DNA from: Acidimicrobiia bacterium
GTDB lineage: Bacteria > Actinomycetota > Acidimicrobiia > IMCC26256 > JACDBD01
DNA: 64,000 nt
Assembly (NCBI GenBank): GCA_035938395.1
Contig: DASZGY010000021.1
Location: 1,262-65,261 of the forward strand
Direction of reading: 5' to 3'
Shown here in pieces: positions 37,529 to 46,151 of this stretch. Each line of letters starts with the position of its first letter. The first letter of the stretch is position 1. A program made the translations under genes and the position numbers. A model generated the notes under the pieces. The model ran no database searches. It was not told the origin of the DNA and saw only the letters and a list, made by a program, of their open reading frames with translations.

Positions 37529-38074
37529 GTGCCCACCGACCCGTTCGTCCCCGAGCGCCTCGAGGACGAACCCCGCCAGGAGCCGAACCTCCCGCCGGGT
37601 GTGAAGATGCCGGCGGCGAGGAGCTGGGTGGCGGACCGGCCCGGCGACCTTCCGGCGGGCTGGCCGACCGGCAAGCTGCTCGGCTCGCCGGGGCCGAACA
37701 TCGGATACGCGCTCACGCTCGCGAACCGGGTGCGAGACCAGCTCGCGCTCGCGCCCCACGAGCATCCCGACGATGCGATCGCCGTCGTGGCCGAGATCGC
37801 AATGCGCCGCGCCGCGCTCTTCGGGCGCGCCCCGGTCGTGCGCGACGTCGAGTTCGGGATGCAGATCCTCGGCTACCGCGGTGACGCCGATCCCGACTTC
37901 GTCACCTGGCGAGCGCGCGCGGTGCGCGGAGCGCACCACGGCTACTACGAGCGGCGATCCCTCGTCGACGCCATCCCCCTCGACGTCCTGCATCTCGTCC
38001 CGCCCGCGCTCCCCGCCCACCTCGCCGAGGCCCGCGCCGCGCTGCGCGCCGGTGTGCCGGTACCCGTGGAGTGA
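37529..38074 (+). CDS. Hypothetical protein
   Basis: 181-aa ORF with coding-like composition, 10 nt after cimA. No motif recognised. Confidence 0.45.
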   Translation: MPTDPFVPERLEDEPRQEPNLPPGVKMPAARSWVADRPGDLPAGWPTGKLLGSPGPNIGYALTLANRVRDQLALAPHEHPDDAIAVVAEIAMRRAALFGRAPVVRDVEFGMQILGYRGDADPDFVTWRARAVRGAHHGYYERRSLVDAIPLDVLHLVPPALPAHLAEARAALRAGVPVPVE

Positions 38075-38125
38075 CCGAGCGTCGCTGAGCTTCGCACGCG
38101 CGAACCCTGACTACGATGTCAGGTT

Positions 38126-39292
38126 GTGAGCGCCCCGAGCTTCTTGCTCTCCGAGGAGCACGAGGAGTTCCGGGCGGCGCTCCGTCGGTTCGCCGAGAAG
38201 GAGATCGCCCCGCACGCGGCCGAGGTCGACGAGCGGGAGGCGTTTCCGAAGGCGAGCATGGACGCCTTCCGGGACTCCGGCTTCGTTCGCGCGCTCTACC
38301 CACCCGAGCACGGCGGTGACGCCGGCGACCTGCTGACGGCGGCGCTGGTCATCGAGGAGCTGGCGCGTGCGTGCGGGTCGACGGCGCTGACTGCGTTCGT
38401 CACCCGCACCGGGGTCGCCGCACTCCTCGCCCACGGCACCGACGAGCTCCGGCGGCGGGTGCTCCCGCCGGTCGTGGCGGGGGAGCAGCAGGCGAGCTAT
38501 TGCCTCTCGGAGCCCAACGCCGGCAGCGACGCGGCTTCGATGACCACCCGCGCCGTCCGCGACGGCGACCAGTGGGTGCTGAACGGGCGCAAGGCCTGGA
38601 TCACGAGCGCCGGTGTCTCCCACGTGTACACCGTCTTCGCCAAGACCGATCCCGCCGCCGGCCACCGCGGCATCACCGCCTTCGTCGTCGAGCGGGACCG
38701 GCCCGGTCTCTCCATCGGCAAGATCGAGCACAAGATGGGCCTGCGGGGCTCGCCCACCGGCGAGGTCGTGCTGGAGGACGTGATCGTCCCGGCCGAGAAC
38801 CTCATCGGCGAGGAGGGCCGCGGCTTCCACTACGCGCTCGAGGCGCTCGACACCTCCCGGCCCGCCGTCGCCGCGCAGGCGCTGGGCCTCGCCCAGGGCG
38901 CGCTCGACGTCGCCGGGTCGTACGTGCTCGACCGCCGCCAGTTCGACCAGCGCATCGCCGACTTCCAGGGCGTCCAGTTCATGCTCGCCGACATGGCTAC
39001 CCAGCTCGAAGCCGCCCGGCTGCTGGTGTACGCGGCCTGCGCCCGCGTCGACGCCCGGGCGCCCGGCATCTCGAAGGCCTCGTCGATGGCGAAGCTCTTC
39101 GCCACCGACACCGCGATGCGCGTCACGACCGACGCCGTCCAGCTCCTCGGCGGCGCCGGCACCACTCGCGACTTCCCGGTCGAGCGCATGATGCGCGACG
39201 TCAAGATCACCCAGATCTACGAGGGAACGAACCAGATCCAGCGCGTCGTGATCGCCCGCAAGCTCCTCGACGAGCTCGCCTCCGGCACGTAG
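38126..39292 (+). CDS. Acyl-CoA dehydrogenase
   Basis: CLSEPNAGSD, GLRGSPTGEVVLEDV, and YEGTNQIQRVVIAR signatures. Confidence 0.9.
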   Translation: MSAPSFLLSEEHEEFRAALRRFAEKEIAPHAAEVDEREAFPKASMDAFRDSGFVRALYPPEHGGDAGDLLTAALVIEELARACGSTALTAFVTRTGVAALLAHGTDELRRRVLPPVVAGEQQASYCLSEPNAGSDAASMTTRAVRDGDQWVLNGRKAWITSAGVSHVYTVFAKTDPAAGHRGITAFVVERDRPGLSIGKIEHKMGLRGSPTGEVVLEDVIVPAENLIGEEGRGFHYALEALDTSRPAVAAQALGLAQGALDVAGSYVLDRRQFDQRIADFQGVQFMLADMATQLEAARLLVYAACARVDARAPGISKASSMAKLFATDTAMRVTTDAVQLLGGAGTTRDFPVERMMRDVKITQIYEGTNQIQRVVIARKLLDELASGT

Positions 39293-39318
39293 CCGGTTCG
39301 CGCGACACTCGAGCGGTC

Positions 39319-40755
39319 ATGGCCGACGCGCCGCGGGTGCGGTTCTCACCCGCTCCGACCGGTTCCCTCCACGTCGGCGGCGCCCGCACCGCGCTGTTCA
39401 ACTGGCTGTTCGCCCGGCACGAGGAGGGGACCTTCGCCCTTCGCATCGAGGACACTGACGTCGCCCGGTCGCGCCCCGAGTGGATCGCCGGGATCCAGGA
39501 CACGCTCACGTGGCTGGGCCTCGATTGGGACGAAGGGCCGGTCCTCCAGAGCGCCCGCTTCGACCGGTACCACGCCGCCGCCGATCAGCTCCTCGCCCAG
39601 GGCCACGCCTACGAGTGCTACTGCACAGAAGAAGAGGTGCGGGCGCGCAACGAGGCGGCTCGCGCCGCCGGCCGCACCCCCGGCTATGACGGGCACTGCC
39701 GCGACCTCGATGCCGGGGAGCGGGCCGCGCTCGCCACCGAGGGCCGCCCCCGGTCGCTCCGGTTCCGGACGCCCGACGACGGCGCCAGCACCTTCACCGA
39801 TCTCATCCGGGGGGAGGTCAGCGTCGAGTGGGCGACCATTCCCGACTTCGTGATCGTCCGCTCGGACGGCACGCCACTGTTCTTCCTTGCGAACGCGGTC
39901 GACGACATCGAGATGGCGATCACGCACGTCATCCGGGGGGAGGACCTGCTCGACACCACCCACCGCGTGCTCGCGCTCCGGGAGGCGCTCGGCTCGACCG
40001 CGCGCCCGGCGTACGCCCACCTGCCCCTGATCGTGGGCGCCGACCGGGCCAAGTTGTCGAAGCGTCACGGTGCCGTCGCCCTCGAGGAGTTCCGCGACGC
40101 CGGCTACCTCCCGGAGGCGGTGCTCAACTATTTGGCGTTGCTCGGGTGGGGGCCCGAAGACGACCGCGAGATCCTCGACCGGGCCGAGCTCGTCGCCGAG
40201 TTCGACCTCGCCCGCGTCGTCCATTCACCCGCCTTCTTCGACCATCAGAAGCTGGACTGGATGAACGGCGAATGGATCCGTCGCCTCGACATCGACGACC
40301 TCGAGCGCCGCGTCCTCCCGGACGCGCGAGCGCGATTCGGAGACCGGCTCGACCCCGACGTCTTCCGTGGAGCGCTGCGCATCGGGCAGGACCGCGCCGT
40401 CACCCTCGGCGCCCTGGTGGAGCAGATGGACTTCCTGTTCGTCGACGAGCAGGCGTTCAGGGTCGACCCGGGGTCGTGGGAACGCGTCGAGAAGACCGAG
40501 CGCGCCGGCGAGATCCTCGATGCCGTCGTCGAGCACGTCGAGTCGTGCCCGTGGGAACGCAGCGAGGACCTCGACATCCGTCCCGTCTTCGAGAAGCTCG
40601 GCATCAAGCCCCGGAAGGCCATGCACGTCATCTACACCGCGGTCGAGGGTCGCGCCGCCGGGTTGCCCTTGTTCGACTCCATGTACCTGCTCGGTCGCGA
40701 GCGCACGCTTCGACGCCTCCGCGCCGCCCGCGACCGGCTCGAGAGCGGCGCGTGA
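39319..40755 (+). CDS. gltX: Glutamate--tRNA ligase
   Basis: RFSPAPTGSLHVGGARTALFNW (HIGH-type motif) and KLSKRHG (KMSKS-type motif). Confidence 0.9.
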   Translation: MADAPRVRFSPAPTGSLHVGGARTALFNWLFARHEEGTFALRIEDTDVARSRPEWIAGIQDTLTWLGLDWDEGPVLQSARFDRYHAAADQLLAQGHAYECYCTEEEVRARNEAARAAGRTPGYDGHCRDLDAGERAALATEGRPRSLRFRTPDDGASTFTDLIRGEVSVEWATIPDFVIVRSDGTPLFFLANAVDDIEMAITHVIRGEDLLDTTHRVLALREALGSTARPAYAHLPLIVGADRAKLSKRHGAVALEEFRDAGYLPEAVLNYLALLGWGPEDDREILDRAELVAEFDLARVVHSPAFFDHQKLDWMNGEWIRRLDIDDLERRVLPDARARFGDRLDPDVFRGALRIGQDRAVTLGALVEQMDFLFVDEQAFRVDPGSWERVEKTERAGEILDAVVEHVESCPWERSEDLDIRPVFEKLGIKPRKAMHVIYTAVEGRAAGLPLFDSMYLLGRERTLRRLRAARDRLESGA

Positions 40756-41423
40756 CGGGCTGGAAGCTTGTCCGGCGCGTCGGCCTCGTCGTGCTCCTCG
40801 CCGCGCTCCTCTACTACGTCGTCACCTTCGTGCAGGTCTGGTGGGCCGCCCGTCAGGACGACACCCGCCGCTCGCAGGCGATCGTCGTGCTCGGCGCCGC
40901 GCAGTACAACGGCCGGCCCTCGCCGGTGTTCAAGGCGAGGCTCGACCACGCCGCCTCGCTGTACCACGACCGTGTCGCGCCCTTGATCGTCGTGACCGGC
41001 GGCAAGCAGACCGGCGACATGTTCACGGAGGCCACATCGGGCGCGAACTACCTCCACGACAAGGGCATCCCCGACAGTGCGATCCTGCGCGAGACCACGA
41101 GTCACACGTCCTGGGAGTCACTGTCGGCCGCCGCTCGCGTGCTGCGGCACCGGAGCGAGAAGCAGGTGGTGCTCGTCTCGGACCCGTTCCACGCACTGCG
41201 CATCCGCTCGATCGCGAACGAGCTCGGGCTGGACGCCGTGACGTCCCCGACACGGACGAGCCCGATCTCCGGTCTGGAGGAGTGGCGTCGGTTCATGAGC
41301 GAGGCGCTCCGCGTGGCAGCCGGTCGGATCGTCGGGTTCGGACGGCTCGCCCGGGGCACGAACCGGGTAGGGAGGCTCGTGCCCGGACTCGGTACCATGA
41401 CGCTTCCTTCGGGGGTGGTGTAA
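40752..41423 (+). CDS. YdcF/DUF218 family membrane-anchored protein
   Basis: TM segment LVVLLAALLYYVVTFVQVWW, then IVVLGAAQYNGRPSPVFKARLDHA. GTG 40752 overlaps the gltX stop. The 3' end overlaps tRNA-Gln by 15 nt. Confidence 0.7.
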   Translation: MTGWKLVRRVGLVVLLAALLYYVVTFVQVWWAARQDDTRRSQAIVVLGAAQYNGRPSPVFKARLDHAASLYHDRVAPLIVVTGGKQTGDMFTEATSGANYLHDKGIPDSAILRETTSHTSWESLSAAARVLRHRSEKQVVLVSDPFHALRIRSIANELGLDAVTSPTRTSPISGLEEWRRFMSEALRVAAGRIVGFGRLARGTNRVGRLVPGLGTMTLPSGVV

Positions 41424-41480
41424 TCGGCAACACAACAGGTTCTGGTCCTGTCGTTGGGGGTTCGAGTCCTCCCCCCCGAG
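41409..41480 (+). tRNA. tRNA-Gln (anticodon CTG)
   Basis: Cloverleaf folded by hand: acceptor TCGGGGG/CCCCCGA, D stem GTGT/ACAC, anticodon stem ACAGG/CCTGT with loop TTCTGGT, and T arm GGGGG-TTCGAGT-CCTCC. Confidence 0.9.
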
Positions 41481-41498
41481 CCCGGAAGAAACGGCCCC

Positions 41499-41571
41499 GG
41501 CCCCGTCGTCTAGTGGCCTAGGACGCCGCCCTCTCAAGGCGGAAGCGGCGGTTCGAATCCGCTCGGGGCTG
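41499..41571 (+). tRNA. tRNA-Glu (anticodon CTC)
   Basis: Acceptor GGCCCCG/CGGGGCT, anticodon stem CCGCC/GGCGG with loop CTCTCAA, and T arm GGCGG-TTCGAAT-CCGCT. Confidence 0.9.
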
Positions 41572-41577
41572 CAATGC

Positions 41578-41614
41578 GAAGACCCGGCCGCAACGGCCGG
41601 GTCTTTCGCGTTTT
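41578..41614 (+). terminator. Intrinsic terminator after the tRNA pair
   Basis: GAAGACCCGGCCG-caa-CGGCCGGGTCTTT stem of about 13 bp, followed by CGCGTTTT. Confidence 0.75.
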
Positions 41615-41652
41615 CCCTGGTCAAACGGCCATTTCTTGTGTACGCGCACGCG

Positions 41653-41910
41653 CTACCACTCGACCACCGGCTCTCCGGCGCGCACGTTCAGCGTGCACGG
41701 CACACCGATGAGATCGATCGCGTCGCGCGGTGCGCTCGTCGCGCGCACGGACACGACATCGCCCTTGCTCGCGCCGGTCGTGATCGTCAGATCGAGCGCG
41801 ATCGTGCCGTCATCGCGCGTCTCCGCCCACACGACGAACGCGTCGTACACCCCGTCAGCAAGCGGTATATCCACCTTTTGCATCGTCGCGCGGGTTACCG
41901 TGGTGTACAC
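41653..41910 (-). CDS. Hypothetical small protein
   Basis: 85-aa ORF (possibly starting at the internal MQKVDIPL). No motif recognised. Confidence 0.4.
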   Translation of the reverse strand: MYTTVTRATMQKVDIPLADGVYDAFVVWAETRDDGTIALDLTITTGASKGDVVSVRATSAPRDAIDLIGVPCTLNVRAGEPVVEW

Positions 41911-42103
41911 GGACTCACATTGCGCGACGTATCAGCGCGATCGCGCGTTGTCGCGGCGTCTTCGTGGGTTCGAGGGGCGGTGTTCGCGCTGTCTGAGCTT
42001 GCTCTGAGTGCGCGCGTCGTTCACAATTGATGGAAATGCTTGAAATTGTGGTCGGGATGGGTTCAACTTTCTCAGATACCCGGCCGCAAATTCGGAGGTA
42101 GGC

Positions 42104-42382
42104 GTGAACAAGTCAGAGCTCGTCGATGCAGTTCACTCGGCGGCAGGTGGTGTCGACAAGAAAGACGTTGCATCCGTCGTCGACAGCCTCATCGAGGTCG
42201 TGCAGGGTGCAGTTGCGCGCGGCGACAAGGTGACGGTTCCCGGTTTCGGCGCTTGGTCGCGTACCCAGCGCGCAGCGCGCACGGGTCGCAACCCGCGCAC
42301 GGGTGAGCCGGTTCAGATCGCGGCATCCAAGGGCGTGAAGTTCTCGGCAGGAGCCGGCTTCAAGTCCGCCGTGAACAAGTAG
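42104..42382 (+). CDS. hup: Nucleoid-associated protein HU (HU fold only)
   Basis: MNKSELVDAV...VPGFGAWSRTQRAARTGRNPRTGEPVQI is a canonical HU arm. GGAGG lies 5 nt before GTG 42104. The ORF ends at TAG 42380-42382. Confidence 0.9.
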   Translation: MNKSELVDAVHSAAGGVDKKDVASVVDSLIEVVQGAVARGDKVTVPGFGAWSRTQRAARTGRNPRTGEPVQIAASKGVKFSAGAGFKSAVNK

Positions 42383-42436
42383 AGACGGACAGCGAACGCT
42401 GTTGTTCGCTCTCTACAGACCTATTCCCGACGAAAG

Positions 42437-42889
42437 GTGGTGACCGTGCCTCCGGCGAAGAGACGTACAGCACGGAAATCAGCTAGGAAGACAGCACGGA
42501 AGCCGGCGAAGCGCCGCACAACGACGCGTCGCCGGACGACACGCAAGTCGACGGCACGGAAGCCGGCGAAGCGGCGGCGTAAGGCAGCTGCGGCCAAGCC
42601 GGTCAAGCGCCGTCGTCGCAAGGCCTCGGCGAAGAAGGCGCCCGCAAAGCGTCGTCGTCGTAAGGCCACGGCGAAGAAGGCGCCCGCAAAGCGTCGTCGT
42701 CGCAAGGCTGCGGCGAAGAAGGCGCCCGCCAAGCGTCGTCGTCGCAAGGCGGCGGGCGCGGCGAAGCCGGTCAAGCGGCGTCGTCGTAAGGCTGCCGGTA
42801 CTGCGAAGCCCGTCAAGCGGCGTCGTCGCAAGGCTGCGGCGAGCAAGACGGCAAAGCGGCGTCCGGCGAAGAGGCGGGCCCGCCGGTAA
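42437..42889 (+). CDS. Lys/Arg/Ala-rich histone-H1-like repeat protein (equivalent to the C-terminal tail of actinobacterial HupB/HupS)
   Basis: AKKAPAKRRRRKA repeats. Same reading frame as hup, separated from it by the single TAG plus 18 sense codons. Start uncertain (GTG 42437/42440/42446). Confidence 0.6.
   Translation: MVTVPPAKRRTARKSARKTARKPAKRRTTTRRRTTRKSTARKPAKRRRKAAAAKPVKRRRRKASAKKAPAKRRRRKATAKKAPAKRRRRKAAAKKAPAKRRRRKAAGAAKPVKRRRRKAAGTAKPVKRRRRKAAASKTAKRRPAKRRARR
42593..42846 (+). repeat. Tandem 42-45-bp coding repeats (about 6 units) within the basic-tail ORF
   Basis: Units such as gcgaagaaggcgcccgcaaagcgtcgtcgtcgtaaggccacg recur with few changes, encoding A(K)KAPAKRRRRKAx. Confidence 0.85.
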
Positions 42890-42922
42890 CCGGCGAGTTC
42901 CACAGCTTCAGCAAAGGTGAGG

Positions 42923-42942
42923 AGGGGGCCTTCGGGCCCCCT
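42923..42942. terminator. Hairpin between convergent genes
   Basis: AGGGGGCC-ttcg-GGCCCCCT, an 8-bp stem with a UUCG-type loop. Confidence 0.6.
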
Positions 42943-42965
42943 TCTCGCGACCGGACGCCGCCGAG

Positions 42966-43799
42966 TCACACCTTATCGAGGAGCTTGAACCCTTCGGCGG
43001 GCCCGATCCCGGACGCCCGGCCGGCCGCCTCCGCCTCGCCCCGGACCCGCCCCACGAAGCCCTCGAGCTGGGCGTCGCTGTCGGGGGCGGAGGCGTCGAT
43101 CCGCATGGTGGACGGCCACTGGCTGCGGTGGCACAACAGGGCCCGGATCTTGGTGTCCACGTGCCGGTCGACCGCCTCGAGGTGGTCCACCTCCTCCGCC
43201 TCGAACAGGAGAATCCGTCCCGGGCGATGCGCCGGCAGGTGCTGCTCGGGGAAGTAGTGGTGATCACGGGCGGCGACGACCCCGTCGAGCACGAGCCACC
43301 CGGCGTGGCGATGGTCGGGGTGGAGTCGGTACCGCTTCCACGGATCGTGGCCCAGCACGACGTCCGGTCGGGCCCGCCGAATCGCCTCGCAGACCAGAGC
43401 CCGCTCGGCCAACCCGCTGCCGAGCTCGCCGTCGGGCACGCCGAGGAAATCGACACCGGCGAGGCCGAGGACGGCGGCGGACGCGTCCTGCTCACGGCGG
43501 CGGGTCGCGACCAGCGCCTCGAGGTCGGCGGCCGGATCCCAGGTCCCCTTCGAGCCGTCGGTGAGCACGAGCAGGCGGACCTCGGCGCCCGCTTGCGCCC
43601 ACTTGGCCAGCGTGGCGCCGCACCCGAACTCGACGTCGTCGGGATGGGCGCCGATCGCGAGCGCCCGCGCCGGTATGGGCAGGTCAGGGGACAAGGAGAT
43701 CGAGCCGGTGGAGGTCGTCGGGCACGTCGACGTCGAAGGCCAGCTCGGGGTCGCGCACGACGCGGAAGCCGAGGCCGAGCCGTCGGGCCTCGGCGGCAT
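42966..43799 (-). CDS. PIG-L/LmbE family deacetylase
   Basis: AIGAHPDDVEFGCGATLAK (AHPDD) motif. The start is uncertain because the track ORF overlaps cofC by 116 nt. TTG 43694 is an alternative start. Confidence 0.7.
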   Translation of the reverse strand: MPPRPDGSASASASCATPSWPSTSTCPTTSTGSISLSPDLPIPARALAIGAHPDDVEFGCGATLAKWAQAGAEVRLLVLTDGSKGTWDPAADLEALVATRRREQDASAAVLGLAGVDFLGVPDGELGSGLAERALVCEAIRRARPDVVLGHDPWKRYRLHPDHRHAGWLVLDGVVAARDHHYFPEQHLPAHRPGRILLFEAEEVDHLEAVDRHVDTKIRALLCHRSQWPSTMRIDASAPDSDAQLEGFVGRVRGEAEAAGRASGIGPAEGFKLLDKV

Positions 43800-44259
43800 G
43801 CCGCCGGAACGACCCCTGGCCGTAGGCGAACCGGAAGGGCACGTCGACGGGCACCGACAGCACTGTGGTGCCGTCGTCGCGGTGACACGGCACGATCGCC
43901 ACGACCGGGCGGGCGCCGTCGCGTCCGAGCGCCGCGAGGCTCCGGGCGAAGGGCAGATCGGCGTGCGCGATTACCGCGCGAGCACAGCCGCGTGTCGCCA
44001 CCCATCCACGTCCCACGGCGGCGGCGTCGTCGAGCGTCCCGGGATCGTCGACGACGTCGAGCCCGCGGGATCGTGCCCAGTCGCGCACGTCGGACGCGCT
44101 CGACACGACGACGGTGGGAAGCTCACCCGACGCCGCCCCCACGCGGTCAGCCAGCTTGCGAGCGAGATCGGTGCGCGTCTCGTCGTCGAGCTGCGCGGCG
44201 AGTCGCGCCTTGCCCAATGCGAACGCTCGCACCGGGATCACGACGCCCGTACCGGTCAT
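43684..44259 (-). CDS. cofC: 2-phospho-L-lactate/phosphoenolpyruvate guanylyltransferase (F420 biosynthesis)
   Basis: N-terminal VVIPVRAFALGKARL plus the overall CofC/FbiD-like pattern. 191 aa. Sits next to plsC-gpsA, as in mycobacteria. Confidence 0.7.
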   Translation of the reverse strand: MTGTGVVIPVRAFALGKARLAAQLDDETRTDLARKLADRVGAASGELPTVVVSSASDVRDWARSRGLDVVDDPGTLDDAAAVGRGWVATRGCARAVIAHADLPFARSLAALGRDGARPVVAIVPCHRDDGTTVLSVPVDVPFRFAYGQGSFRRHAAEARRLGLGFRVVRDPELAFDVDVPDDLHRLDLLVP

Positions 44260-44318
44260 TCACGACTCCGCGACGCACGCCGAAGGTCGAAACGCATGCG
44301 AATGCGTATGCTACCGGG

Positions 44319-44365
44319 CGGCGACGTCGGCTCTGCCGACGGTCGCCGGAGCTTGCGACGGCGAC
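44319..44365 (+). repeat. Copy E of the hairpin+box element (5' leader of plsC-gpsA), short variant
   Basis: cGGCGACgTCGGCtctGCCGAcgGTCGCCGGAGCTTGCGACGGCGAC, then AGGGAGAGactTTG. TATGCT (-10-like) at 44307-44312. Confidence 0.9.
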
Positions 44366-44376
44366 AGGGAGAGACT

Positions 44377-45117
44377 TTGGAACCGGTGTATTCCGCTGCT
44401 CGCACCGTCTTGTTGCCACCGCTGCACTACGGGATGAAATGGACGATCGAAGGCGCGCACCTCGTTCCGCCGCGCGGGCCCGTGATCCTCGCCAGCAACC
44501 ACACTTCGTACCTCGACCCGCTCGCACTCGCTTACCTCGCCGACCGCCGTCACCGCCGGGTGCGCTTCCTGACCAAGGCCGAGCTGTTCGACAAACAGCC
44601 GCTCGGCTTCCTGTTGCACCAGGTCCGTCAGATCCCCGTCGTGCGCAACTCGCCGACGGCGGCCGGATCCCTCGAGTTGGCGGTCGAGGCGCTCGGGCGG
44701 GGCGAGTGCGTCGCGATCTTCCCCGAGGGGACGATCTCGCTCGACCTCGAGCCGATGGCGGGGAAGTCCGGCACGGCCCGGCTCGCCGCGCAGTCCGGGG
44801 TGCCCGTGACGCCCGTCGGACTCTGGGGCGCGCACCGCACGTTGTTCAAGGGCCGGAAGCCGAACTGGCAGTGGGGCGTGGCGGAGACCGCAGTGGTCGG
44901 AGCGCCCGTGCGGGTCCACGCCGACGACGACATCCCCGACGCGACCGACAGGATCATGGGTGCGATCGCCGGCTGCGTGGCGCGGGCACGCGAGATCTAC
45001 CCGCAGCGACCGGGGCCGGGAGACGACGGGTGGTGGCAGCGCGGTCCCGAGACGGCTCGGGTTCGCCCCGCGAATCGGACCGACGACCGCGCCGACGACG
45101 TCGAGACGGCCACGTGA
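44377..45117 (+). CDS. plsC: 1-acyl-sn-glycerol-3-phosphate acyltransferase
   Basis: NHTSYLDP (HX4D) and IFPEGT motifs. Start at TTG 44377 (5 nt after GGAG) or GTG 44386. Confidence 0.8.
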   Translation: MEPVYSAARTVLLPPLHYGMKWTIEGAHLVPPRGPVILASNHTSYLDPLALAYLADRRHRRVRFLTKAELFDKQPLGFLLHQVRQIPVVRNSPTAAGSLELAVEALGRGECVAIFPEGTISLDLEPMAGKSGTARLAAQSGVPVTPVGLWGAHRTLFKGRKPNWQWGVAETAVVGAPVRVHADDDIPDATDRIMGAIAGCVARAREIYPQRPGPGDDGWWQRGPETARVRPANRTDDRADDVETAT

Positions 45118-46133
45118 GCGACGGGGCGCGAGTCGCGGTGGTGGGCGCGGGCTCGTGGGGCACCGCCGTCGCCGCGCTCGTGTCCAACAACGCCGACACC
45201 GTGCTCTGGGTGCGCCGGCCCGATCTCGCCGCCACGATTGCCGAGCGGCACGAGAACCCCGACTATCTCCCCGGCATCGCGCTCCCCGACGCATTGCGGG
45301 TCACGTCGGACATCGGTGAGGCGTGCGGCAGCGCGGACGTCGTCGTGCTCGGTGTGCCGTCGCACGGCATGCGATCGGTGCTGATGGAGGCGGCGGAATT
45401 CGTCCGGCCTGCGGTGCCGGTGGTCAGCCTGGCGAAGGGCGTCGAGCAGGGCACGCTGCGACGCATGACCGAAGTGATCGGCGAGGTGCTGCCGACACAC
45501 CTCCCGGAGCGGATCGGCGTCCTCACGGGCCCGAACCTCGCACGCGAGATCGCCGCGGGGCAGCCGGCGGCGTCGGTGGTAGCGATGAGTGAGGAAGCGA
45601 CCGCGCACGAGCTCCAGTCGCTGATCATGACGGTGACGTTCCGCGTGTATACGAATCCCGATGTGGTCGGGTGTGAGATCGCGGGCGCGCTCAAGAACGT
45701 GATGGCGATCGCGGCCGGCATCGCCGACGGGCTCGGCTACGGCGACAACACGAAGGCGGCGCTCCTCACCCGCGGTCTCGCCGAGCTCACGCGTCTCGGC
45801 ATCGCGCTCGGCGGCAACCCGCTCACCTTCTCGGGCCTGGCCGGCATGGGCGACCTCGTGGCGACGTGCACCAGCACGCAGAGTCGCAACCGCACGGTGG
45901 GCGTCGAGCTGGGGAAGGGTCGGCAGCTGGACGACATCGTGGCCGACATGAAGATGGTCGCCGAAGGCGTGAAGTCGACCGCCGCCGTGCTCGAGCTCGC
46001 CCGACGGCAGCGCGTCGAGATGCCGATCGCCGAACAGGTCGGCGCGGTGCTGTACGAGGGCAAGCGCGCCGAGGATCTCGTCACCGCGCTCATGCTGCGT
46101 GAGGCGAAGGCCGAGCTGCACGGGATCACATGA
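45114..46133 (+). CDS. gpsA: NAD(P)H-dependent glycerol-3-phosphate dehydrogenase
   Basis: VAVVGAGSWGTAVA and LAGMGDLVATCTSTQSRN motifs. GTG 45114 overlaps the plsC stop (GTGA). Confidence 0.9.
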   Translation: MSDGARVAVVGAGSWGTAVAALVSNNADTVLWVRRPDLAATIAERHENPDYLPGIALPDALRVTSDIGEACGSADVVVLGVPSHGMRSVLMEAAEFVRPAVPVVSLAKGVEQGTLRRMTEVIGEVLPTHLPERIGVLTGPNLAREIAAGQPAASVVAMSEEATAHELQSLIMTVTFRVYTNPDVVGCEIAGALKNVMAIAAGIADGLGYGDNTKAALLTRGLAELTRLGIALGGNPLTFSGLAGMGDLVATCTSTQSRNRTVGVELGKGRQLDDIVADMKMVAEGVKSTAAVLELARRQRVEMPIAEQVGAVLYEGKRAEDLVTALMLREAKAELHGIT

Positions 46134-46151
46134 GGCTCCGGTCGGGATGAC

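Noticed and set aside
39293-39318. Possible T-box or other leader before gltX.
   Set aside because: Only 26 nt separate gltX from the preceding acyl-CoA dehydrogenase gene, which leaves no room for a structured leader.
41409-41640. tRNA-Gln / tRNA-Glu locus as a possible integration site for a mobile element.
   Set aside because: There is no integrase, no direct repeat of the tRNA 3' end, and no compositional shift downstream. The flanking genes are conserved core genes.
42590-42850. Regularly spaced 42-45 bp repeats that could be mistaken for a CRISPR array.
   Set aside because: The repeats are contiguous with no unique spacers, are in-frame, and encode the KRRRRKA basic tail. No cas genes are present.
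43128-46133. 1001-aa plus-strand ORF suggesting one giant protein.
   Set aside because: Only the last 339 codons, from GTG 45114, encode a recognisable protein (gpsA). The upstream part is the antisense or out-of-frame shadow of the PIG-L, cofC and plsC genes.
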